Assembly (NCBI GenBank): GCA_032718475.1
Contig: JAUCBJ010004662.1
Span: forward strand, 1 to 32,770
DNA from: Nemertoderma westbladi
Taxonomy: Eukaryota; Animalia; Xenacoelomorpha
DNA: 32,770 nt
Direction: 5' to 3'
The notes below the pieces were generated by a model that saw nothing but the letters and a program-made list of their open reading frames with translations, did not search any database and had not been told where the DNA came from. This document shows, piece after piece, positions 23,901 through 32,770 of this stretch. Each line of letters begins with the position of its first letter. The stretch's first letter is position 1. The position numbers and the translations under genes were made by a program.

Positions 23901-24010
23901 GGGTTAGTTCCAAACCGGTGGTACGTGACTGCGAACAGGGACAATTGGGTTAGTTCCAAACCGGTACGTGACTCCGACCATGGACAATTGGGTTAGTTCC
24001 AAACCGGTAC
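20923..24010. repeat. 3.1-kb satellite of 43/46-bp units (~70 copies) = calpain exon 3' end + splice donor + intron start
   Basis: Unit GTGACTGCGACCAGGGACAATTGG|GTTAGTTCCAAACCGGT[GGT]AC; the first unit overlaps exon A. Confidence 0.97.
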
Positions 24011-24166
24011 AATCTCTAATTCACAAAGCCATATATCCATGGATATAAAGTTCTAGTTCAAAGCTATTATTGATCTAGAGTCCCCGATTAACCAGGTCTT
24101 ATCTAACTGCTAAGTCTGTTCAACTCACTACAGTATAAATCTCCCGAGAAAGTAGTAAGGTAAGTT

Positions 24167-24406
24167 CCACCTTGGTGTACATAGGTTGCATTGAATTCGC
24201 TTGCATTCGGAGGTCGTGGGTTCGATCCCCGCATGGGGTCAGAACAGTTTTCGTTTCGGCACGAATTCTTTAAGGGACTACATAGCTATATGAGTACTGG
24301 TGTTCCCCTGGGGAGTATAGTTCCGGGGTGACCGCACTGGAAATAAGTCGTCAGACTTTGTGCGTAATACATGGCCTAACGGTCAAAGAAAATTTACTTT
24401 ACTTTT
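24167..24406 (+). mobile_element. tRNA-derived SINE in calpain intron
   Basis: A-box-like TGGTGTACATAGG (24173-24185), B box GGTTCGATCCC (24219-24229), (TTTAC)n tail, candidate TSD TAAGTT (24161-66 / 24407-12). Confidence 0.7.
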
Positions 24407-24739
24407 TAAGTTTAAACATTATCGACTTCCCTCATAAACCTGAATGCTAGTGTACGATGTACAATACATATGGCGTTGTGGTGCAACTCGGGCTATTTCT
24501 CACCCATCACACCAAACACCATTTTGGGATTTTTAGTATTTGTCACTTAATGATTATAATGTGTCAATCAAGTGCTTGAAGAGTGTCAAATATAAAATTA
24601 AAATTATTTATAGATCTCGAAAAATTGAGTAGTTTTATATTTTCGTGAAGAATCTTAAAAGGCAAACCCTTCAAATATGCTCGTTTCTTAGATACAAAAA
24701 TAAATATTGTACATATTTTTGTACCCATATTATTTTCAG

Positions 24740-24910
24740 GTAACTGTTGGATGATATCAGCTTTGGCTTCTCTATCAACCCACCATGGATTAGTTGAGAG
24801 AGTTTGCCCTAGAGGCCAGACATTCTATGATGATTACGCCGGGATATTCAAGTTCAATCTTTGGCGATTTGGAACTTGGATAAATGTTGTGATAGACGAT
24901 AGGTTACCAG
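24740..24910 (+). CDS. Calpain exon B containing the catalytic cysteine: (G)NCWMISALASLSTHHGLVERVCPRGQTFYDDYAGIFKFNLWRFGTWINVVIDDRLP
   Basis: TTTTCAG|GT acceptor, CCAG|GTGAG donor; QG.LG.CW active-site motif and YAGIF.F..W..G.W..VVIDDRLP calpain signature. Confidence 0.95.
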
Positions 24911-25146
24911 GTGAGAGTTATGTAGTTGATATATTTAACTCCAGTATCAATATATATTATCGTTATTTCATTAAATAAACTTGTTAAATATATCGAGCTG
25001 AAACATATATTTAAAATTTAACATATTGTTTGATAAATAAATTGTTATGCTTTTTAATTATTATTTAATTATAAATTTAATTGTGTAGCCTTCTACACGA
25101 CGCAGGGGGATATCTGTATTCCTAAAGCAATATCTAATTTTTTTAG

Positions 25147-25228
25147 TTCAAGACAATAAATTGTTGTTCATGAGTTCCAAAACTGCTAACGAGATGTGGT
25201 CCGCTCTTCTTGAAAAGGCTTATGCTAA
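25147..25228 (+). CDS. Calpain exon C: (V)QDNKLLFMSSKTANEMWSALLEKAYA(K)
   Basis: TTTTTAG acceptor, AA|GTAAGT donor; E.WSALLEKAYAK calpain signature; phase consistent with exon B. Upstream and downstream exons were not identified in the window. Confidence 0.95.
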
Positions 25229-26490
25229 GTAAGTATATAAGAAGTTTATCTGCTAAGTAGGTATAAACAAACGCATGACCTACTAAAGAATCGACAATGA
25301 AAGCTGCATTCTTCCTACAAAATTTAGAAGGCAATTGTTTTTAAAATTATTTTTTTATTTTCGAAATTTTTGAAATTTTAAAATAAAACTTTTCCAGAAC
25401 ATTTTTTATGATTAATTTCAATAGCCAAGTATTATAATTTACAACGTAATATTGCAACTTAAATAAATTACAAATGGCTGATTTCATATATTATTGATAA
25501 ATACGTCTAGTATCTTAAAACCCTTTCATTAACCTTGAAAAAGGCATTTCAAAACAGAGCCCACAGAGCCCCCAGACCCAGATTTATACCATGAAACCAA
25601 CCCCCCATATGTACCATTCTTAAATTAACTGATTTAAGCAAAGTAAACAACCATGACGTAATAGTTGCGCCCTAGAGCTCTCTCCTTGTCGTATCGTTCA
25701 AAGTAATGCCCCCCAATTGTTCTACATATCGCAGTGAAATTATATGAAATATGAAATAATGCTTAGAATTATTTTTACCACCATTCTCCTTGGTTGAGCC
25801 AGCGTGATCTCTAGCTCTCACCCAGTAAGAAGTACGGAGATAAAACTTTCTCTACTTTTCTTTAGTAGGTGTACAGTAGAATGCAGATTTCATGGTCGTA
25901 GAACATGACAAGTGATACGCTATATATTTATATATTTGTATGGAATTAATTTCGTAATATAATTAACCACCAAATCGCCAGGGCAAAATTTTTTTTCAGT
26001 ATGTCACTACGCCATACATTTACTATGTATTTCCAGTTTACATCCAGTATGTCACCGCGTCATTATTAGGTTGTTCTAGAAAGTTTAAGTTCTTAGCTAC
26101 AAATATTTCCCCACAAATAAATAAAATTAGATTCGCCATTGTCCAGAATTACCACATAAAGCTTTTTACGCCCCTCGTTCTATTATTTCCCTCGCTGTAG
26201 GTCGGGAAACAAAATCACTCGTACCGTAACGCTATAATATGCTATTTTATGAACAATGCCGTATATAGTTAATCTTATCTTTACTAAGATTAATATCTCT
26301 TGAGATTCTTTTCGGTAAAATAATCTTATCACTTAAAGGTTTACATATAACTTAATTCAATCTTCCACCAATCCAATAATTTGTAAAGTATTTTTCGCTA
26401 GTACATAAGACCGTTATTCCAATGCAGCACTGTTAGCAGCTGACAGTATTAGTACGGTTATATGCATTTACATTACATTAAATGCTGCAA

Positions 26491-26638
26491 CCTAGCCCAA
26501 CCCCGGCTTTCATCCTTCAGTGGTCGATAAATGGGAACCAAGGCAACTTGGGAAACAGCGTGGAAGGGTGTACTGTGGAAGATCACCCATGGTGGTGAAC
26601 AGGCATTCCTTGGCTTAACGAGCCTAAAAGATTCTCCC
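26491..26638 (+). mobile_element. SINE fragment with conserved central-domain-like motif, cut by the LTR insertion at 26639
   Basis: GCTTTCATCCTTCAGTGGTCGATAAATGGG (26506-26535) resembles the GCCTTTCATCCTT.CG.GGTCGATAAATGAG core of widespread metazoan (Meta-type) SINEs as I recall it; no tRNA head seen. Confidence 0.45.
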
Positions 26639-26979
26639 TGTTCGCGCTTTCAGACCTTTGGCAGTTTAACCCACCAAATTAAGATGTCTTCTAGATATTA
26701 AATCAGTTTTTAGTCTATGACAAGTATTTGATTCACTACACTAGTCGAAACCAATCCGTGCGCGACCATTCACCCGCTGGAGATTCCCGGGAGATTGGGT
26801 TCGACGGTTTAATTTTATTGCTATGTAAGCTTAATGTATTATTCGACTGACAGTATTATATAATCTCTGACAATATTATTCACCTTCGGTAATATTAACA
26901 GTTCCTTTAGGACGTGGCGCTTTATCTACATAAACAGAGTTATGACTTAAACTACTCACAACGATATGGCTTAATTATA

Positions 26980-28201
26980 ATCCACACAAGCTGGCAAGCC
27001 TGGAGGGTTCACGGTCCTCCTACTTAATCAGTACAATAATAATAACCGATACATCATTGTCGAAACGTACCCAGTATTCGGGTACCGGCTGGCGGCTGAC
27101 CGGTACGTTTTCGTTCGGGTAGGCCTATGTTTCCTTTTCACTTGTTCCCATCGTAGGCGACCTCATGCTCATCCCACCACGACCACGACCACCAGTTACG
27201 AGTTGGGTAGGCGTCTACCGGCAACCGGTAAGTAATTACGCGCCACACGACGTCATCCCGCCATCCGCCAACATTTATACCGGTACGGTAAGCCTACCAC
27301 CTACCGGTTGGCTACCATCGCACCGTAGGTCTACCGCCTACGGTAGGGTACGTACCGTACAGCGGTACTCAAAGTCGTACCGGTATTGTCGTAATTGACA
27401 AATGCAGGATTAAACTGTAACCCGTTCCGGTACCGGTACCATATGCATCTGAACGACTGGACGGTTAATCTCATAGCATAGCTGCATAGGCCTACCTGTA
27501 GTTAGTGCAAAGTCGCCTGCGAACATGGCGAAATATTATATATAAGCCAGGCATAGCCTACCCTGCTACCTGATGGATAATAATAAACTGAAATGCTATG
27601 CCAGTCTGCCAGTCCAATGCAGTCAGAAGTACCAGTACTTGGTACTGCCAGTTTGCTGCTATGCCAGTATGCTAGCAGGTAGTGCATAGTGCTAAGATTG
27701 TCTACCGGTACAGATGAACTACAGGCAGACAATCAGACAATACTAGCAGTCTAGGGCCTACAGGACTGCAGTACCGGTACTGCAGTATTGGTAATTGCTA
27801 ATGCTAATTAATTACCTTAATTAAATCTTCAATTAGGTCATAATGTAGGTCCAAATTTAAAAATCGGCCTCCGTTAATCGATTTAGAAATAATTCAGGTA
27901 CCTCCATGCCAAATATCAGAATCATTCATTGCATTCCCTATGACAAGATAGCTTTTTCCTAAACCATGCGAAAACACGCAAATATAGCGCTCACATCGCA
28001 CAAATACCATCTCGACACCCAATTTTTTGTATGAGCCTTCGCCATCCCTATATCTAACTTTTGTCCAAATTTTATTTCGATTGATTAATAAATAACTGAG
28101 ATATCGCTCTGGACACACACACACACACACACACCCACTAACACACACACACACACACATTACGGTAATAATGGTCACTTATGTCAAAGACCGTGAACCA
28201 A
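26980..28201 (-). mobile_element. Non-autonomous Helentron (DINE-1/HINE-like) inserted in LTR copy 2
   Basis: 11-bp subterminal inverted repeats GGTTCACGGTC (27006-27016) / GACCGTGAACC (28189-28199); (CA)n microsatellite 28113-28159; terminal hairpin ~26987-27002; T-rich site with no TSD; LTR homology resumes on both sides. Confidence 0.7.
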
Positions 28202-28653
28202 TATATGGCGCATTCTTTAGGAATTGCTTCTTTAACAGACTCACTCATACACAATGCTGCACAATACTGCACACTAATCTGCCGATCTTCACTGATTTTA
28301 GTCACATATAAAAGGAACACAGGCTGACTCATGTAGGGTCTATCAAATAACATTAGATTCACTTCAAACCACTTTAACATAAGTCACAATCGTTTATCTG
28401 TAACCCTTCTCTCTTACCTTCGGTATATCAAGAATATTGGGTTTCGGGGTTGTTTATCGTTATTCCAAATATAATTATTCATCAACCATATTATGAAGAA
28501 CTGACGGTAAATAGCAGTATAACAATATAAAGGTATGCACAATGTTACACAGTATGCAGTGTATGCAGTACTGCAGTATGCAGACATCAGTCATCAGTAT
28601 GCAGTGATTCCATGAGTCAGATAGGTGCGTTAAAGGATATATGCCCTTTATAA

Positions 28654-28943
28654 TTAAACCTACTAGTGTAAGACTAAAAACTAAAACACGGAGGTGCCAA
28701 AGCCGGTTCTTAGGCTCTGGACAAAAACATAACACTGAACTACTGAGTTTCTGTATATACCTCCAACACAAAGACAACAAACGCTCTGATTGGTCAACCT
28801 GAACAACGAGAGAACAGAGAAACAAAGAAACGTCGACGTGGCAATATCAGCTGCTAGCTGTCGTCATGGTAGCGACACTGTTTTCAAGAGTATCGAGCTT
28901 TTACGTCACGGAATTACGGATTATGTCCTCTAAAGTACAAATA
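28654..28943. repeat. 290-bp perfect direct repeat of 31180-31469 (duplicated LTR segment starting at TTAA)
   Basis: TTAAACCTACTAGTG...AAAGTACAAATA appears identical in both places; period 2526 bp. Confidence 0.95.
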
Positions 28944-28960
28944 ACTTTGAAAACTTTGAA

Positions 28961-29881
28961 AGTTCTAAAAACTTTGATGGTTCTAGTGGCGCCATGGAAC
29001 CATATATAGCGAAAAAACTATTCTGTAGATCCGTAGACAAATATAATCTTGTCTATTCATCAATCATCTCAGATGGCGATAGTAGTGTAATGAAGGGCAT
29101 TATCGAGGCAGATCCTTATAAGGATGAAGGAGTTGTAGTGACCAAGCAAGAATGCCTGAATCACGTATCGAAACGATTGTACACAGGTCTCAGTAAGGCA
29201 CGCCAGACTCACAAGTTAGGTGGCATAGGTCGTCTTACAGAGAAACGATGTCAACAGCTCTCAAGTTATTATAGGAACACCATAGTGAGCAACATCAAGG
29301 ATGTTGACATGGAAACTCTTACTACACAGGAATGTGATGATCTAATAAAGAAAATTCAAACTGAAATTGTAGCTGCTATTTACCATCACTGCAATTTTAC
29401 AGACTCAGAGAAGCAACATTCCAAATGCCCTTCAGACAAGTGGTGTCGATTCCTGAATGGAGATAAAGATTACAAACCTGCACCTTATTTATCTGAAAGT
29501 GATTTGCAATATATTCTACCAGTTTATGAACGGCTTACTTCATCAGATCTTATCCGAAGGTGTATACCAGGGAAAACTCAGAATCGAAATGAATCTCTTC
29601 ACAGTAAAGTTTGGAATAAGTGCTCTAAGTCGAACTTCACCTCACTAGAAACACTCAAGTTTATCGTTGCCTACACAGTAATTTCTCACAACAGAGGTGC
29701 CTCAGCAGAACAACTCATATTGAAGAAACTGGGATTGAATGAGGATCCTGGTCTGATGGCTAAACGGGGAGAGATCCTAAATACCAAAAGAAGGTCAGGC
29801 AGTCTAAGTAGTTCATCAAATAAGAAGAAAAAGTCAGATGAGAAGGTTGAAGAAGTTCACTATAAGTCTGGAGGATTTTAG
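28961..29881 (+). pseudogene. 5'-truncated Kolobok-like DDE transposase (family often annotated 'Mutator-like transposase')
   Basis: NFDGSSGAME..LFCRS..Y..IISDGDSS..KQECLNHVSKRL..GGIGRLT..YYRNTI..H..CP...WC..RCIPGKTQNRNESLH. The first catalytic Asp region is missing; the ATG at 28994 is internal. Confidence 0.8.
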
Positions 29882-30159
29882 TAAAATGAACCAGTTTGGT
29901 GTATTTGTTACATATTTAGAAATTTTTAGTTTTTTTGCACTTTTCATATTTTCCAACAAAAACATTGCAGAAAGATCAACATAAAGACAGGCGCTTCATA
30001 TTTTCATTTGAAAGTTTAAATTTGAATATGAAAGTATGCGATATTAAATTCTGGTCATCTAACGATGTACCAAATTTGATTGAAATTAAAACGGTTTTCT
30101 AGATAAATAGTCACTCATATTTAGATTATTATTTAGATATTTAGATATTCAGATTATGT

Positions 30160-30475
30160 TAAACGTAAAAACTGATATCGGAAATGAGTTCGCCGACCTA
30201 GAAAACCCCCATAACCATATTTTAGTAAGGTTAAATGATTTTTTCAATTTTTTCACTCACATACATACAGACAAACAGACTAACAGACAGATATGCAGAC
30301 ATACATAGAAAAAGACAATTAAGATGCTCTGAAACGTAAAAACTGATATCGGAAATGAGTTCGCCGACCTAGAAAAGTCCCATAGCCATATTTTGGTGAG
30401 GTTATATGATTTTCTTTATTTTTTGACTGACAAACAAACAGACAGACAAACAGACAGAAAGACATTTTGACATTT
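30160..30475. repeat. Two ~170-bp direct repeats, each followed by an (ACAG)n-like microsatellite
   Basis: AACGTAAAAACTGATATCGGAAATGAGTTCGCCGACCTAGAAAA at ~30161 and ~30333. Confidence 0.8.
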
Positions 30476-31687
30476 TCTGTAAGTACTGTAACTTTACAAG
30501 TTAGTTTTTTGGATTCTACGTTAAATTTCGATCTTAAATCAATAAAAAAATCTAATTAAATTTTTTTTTTGTTTTCTATGATTTTTTCATATATTTGAAA
30601 TTTCTGGAAAATGAGATTATTTGAAATTGACCCCTTTCTATGTGTTGGGTCACAAATGCATTTTACTCAGTTTCATATTTTTGAACTTCAAAATGCTAAG
30701 GCTCTGCTATTTATGAATCAAATTAGTTGAAATTTTCCAGATATGTTTGAATACATACAATAGTCATTTGGTACCAAGATAGATAGTGGTAATAAATTTG
30801 GACTGCAGTAATTTAAAATTTAAATGAAAAAAACTGCCATTTTGAAATTTTTATAATTTAAAAATGAAAATTATTAATAAGTCGAGTTGTTTCGTAGTTA
30901 TTGGATCCATCTTGGTACCAAATGTTTCAGGCATGTTTTAGACACTATTTTGAAAATTTCAACCAAAAATACCAAATAGTTACAGACTAGTAGCATTTTT
31001 CCTGTTTTTGACCAAAAATTCAAATTTCCCGCCAAAAATAATTTTTTCAAATTTTTTTTTCAATTTTTTTTTTCAAATTTTTTTTAGTCACGGTCTATCA
31101 AAATCTTAAGGTATTTGCTCTAAGAGTTCTCGAGTGCCAATCACTTCTCTAGAAGGTGTTTTGTAGCCTTACATACCCCTTAAACCTACTAGTGTAAGAC
31201 TAAAAACTAAAACACGGAGGTGCCAAAGCCGGTTCTTAGGCTCTGGACAAAAACATAACACTGAACTACTGAGTTTCTGTATATACCTCCAACACAAAGA
31301 CAACAAACGCTCTGATTGGTCAACCTGAACAACGAGAGAACAGAGAAACAAAGAAACGTCGACGTGGCAATATCAGCTGCTAGCTGTCGTCATGGTAGCG
31401 ACACTGTTTTCAAGAGTATCGAGCTTTTACGTCACGGAATTACGGATTATGTCCTCTAAAGTACAAATACAGAAGAAATAGCTCTTATGTCCGCTAAAAC
31501 ACCAGTACAGCAAGGACACGGCCTTTTTATGCCTGGTAAACCAACTACAGAGTACTTTACGGGAAAAATAAGGAAAAATAACCGGACAATTCAGTAAAAG
31601 CTTTTACACCGCTCCCAGAAAATGGGATTTTCAGTCTATAAAATATAAAAATCACAGTTTCTAAAACATAAAGATACTCTAAACAGT

Positions 31688-32770
31688 TAGTCTTTCTTAC
31701 GCAGACGGCGTTTACGCAGTTTTTTGAGGCTAGCAAGAGTCTTTTTCTCTTTGGGGGGAGCCACTTTACTAGGAGGGCCATAACTCCTGGGTGAAGGGTG
31801 CAATATGATTGCATCAGAAGGTGTAGGATTGTGGTCGGGGTATCCGCCGTTTCGATATGCTTCCCCTCGAGCTGATTTTCCTCCGCTCGTAGCTGGATAC
31901 GTTCATCCAAAAACTCTCGCAGAGAATGGGGTTGTCTAAGTGCGATGTCTTCTTAGAGATTCTGGATTTCACAATCGAACTGAGATAAAGACAATTCGTT
32001 TATCGATTGGACTTACTGTTATAACTTACGTTTATCTGAACAAACGCAGGTTTCTTTTTGATCTTTATAGAATAGCGTTTAACTCGTTTCGTACAACGCT
32101 CTCCTTCACTTTGATGAAGGGTTGTATCGCGTTAAACGGGACGACCATACGGTTGGATAATGATATTAGGTGTCTGCGTCATAATCCAGCTAGGTAAGAT
32201 GGGCGGCTAGCTAGAAATCACTGTCGGAGTGTTACCGATTAATTGTTAGGGTAGCACTAGATCTTTGAACAGTGAATACAGTCTGCGAGGATCCGCGACA
32301 CCACCAGGATCGCAGGTCTGAGGTCCAACTAAGGAATGAGGAGGTTTGACCGAGTATTCCGGGACTCTGATCGTAAGTTTACTCTAGGATCGTTAGAGCC
32401 GAGTGAGCATAGATGATACGTCAAACAAGTTTCGCTCGAAACTCCAGTAAATATAACGAACACAACTGTGTTTAACACAACGCTTCCGTGGATGTTTATG
32501 TCTTTCCGTTTATTGGCTGGGTCTAGGGCATTTACCGTAATAATACCAAAGACGCACGTCTGGTAGGGGAAACGCGGGTGATATTTATTTGTTGTTACAA
32601 TGCTTCTATCAAGAATTCCAAATATACGTTGGAGTTACCGCGTCCATTTGTTTCTTAAGTGTCTTTTCTTTCGAGTCGATTTCGAATAGAATTTTCGCAT
32701 TCGAATTTCCGTTTATGGTTCCGACTCCGCTGGGCAGGATATATAGTCGACATAGTCCGTATTGTGTAAA
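31688..32770 (-). pseudogene. Decayed internal coding region of LTR element copy 2: last ~54 codons homologous to ORF 1-2202, upstream part not alignable to it
   Basis: 31849-31688 translates GGYPDHNPTPSDAIILHPSPRSYGPPSKVAPPKEKKTLASLKKLRKRRLRKKD* versus GGYTDRNPIPSDAIILHPSPRSYSPPSKVARPKEKRTLASFKKLRKRRPRKKD*. Upstream are broken frames including ..VVFVIFTG..LCSLGSND.. and ..VISS*PPILP.. Confidence 0.6.

Larger units (their letters stand above)
28961..31179 (+). mobile_element. One-ended Kolobok-like DNA transposon (3' end intact, 5' half lost)
   Basis: Transposase followed by 1.3 kb non-coding DNA ending CATACCCC|TTAA (YY end + TTAA target, the Kolobok pattern). Confidence 0.65.
26639..31608 (-). 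mobile_element. 3' LTR of a second, diverged copy of the same LTR-retrotransposon family, interrupted by two insertions
   Basis: On minus strand starts TGTAAAAGCTTTT (31608) after PPT GGGAGCGG and ends AAAGCGCGAACA (26639). Blocks 31450-31520, 31260-31400, 28200-28490 and 26640-26975 align in order with 2410-2465, 2530-2670, 2880-3155 and 3160-3533. Confidence 0.85.

Noticed and set aside
10670-24010. Tandem arrays as CRISPR arrays
   Set aside because: Units are contiguous with no unique spacers, there are no cas genes, and the context is eukaryotic (spliceosomal introns, LINEs, SINEs).
24167-24240. Functional tRNA gene
   Set aside because: A and B boxes are present but I cannot fold a convincing cloverleaf, and it continues into a SINE-like body and simple-repeat tail.
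25887-25908. Next calpain exon (CAG|A TTT CAT GGT, 'KFHG')
   Set aside because: An in-frame TGA follows within a few codons and the expected SYEAL.GG motif is absent.
28654-31469. 290-bp repeats as KolobokP-type long terminal direct repeats or as LTRs of the transposase
   Set aside because: The repeat is homologous to the interior of the retrotransposon LTR (~2450-2700), has no TIRs of its own, and the second copy lies outside the TTAA end.
2040-31850. The two inverted homologous regions as TIRs of one giant element (Maverick-like)
   Set aside because: Each has its own PPT and TG...CA LTR structure, they are visibly diverged, and they enclose host calpain exons; two independent LTR-element insertions explain them better.

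Overview
AT-rich eukaryotic (metazoan, probably invertebrate) genomic DNA made mostly of nested transposable elements and satellites, plus three exons of a calpain cysteine-protease gene (20844-25228, +). The left end (1-3533, +) is the 3' part of an LTR retrotransposon. Its ORF directly before the polypurine tract and 1.25-kb LTR encodes not an envelope protein but a DEDDy-like 3'-5' exonuclease fused to CCHC zinc knuckles. A diverged relative lies inverted at the right end (26639-32770, -). It shares the LTR and the ORF's last ~54 codons but has different, decayed coding sequence upstream, and its LTR is interrupted by a Helentron-type element and a one-ended Kolobok-like transposase fragment flanked by a 290-bp direct duplication. 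The middle holds a Transib-like foldback element, a 1013-bp tandem duplication, a 5'-truncated RTE-like LINE, and a 7.4-kb CACTG-ended (EnSpm/CMC-like) transposon inserted in the LINE tail that carries a spliced SAMD3-like pseudogene and a 3.3-kb satellite. A 3.1-kb, 43/46-bp satellite is a roughly 70-fold amplification of the calpain exon end plus its 5' splice site. All family assignments are from motif recognition by eye; no database searches were run.
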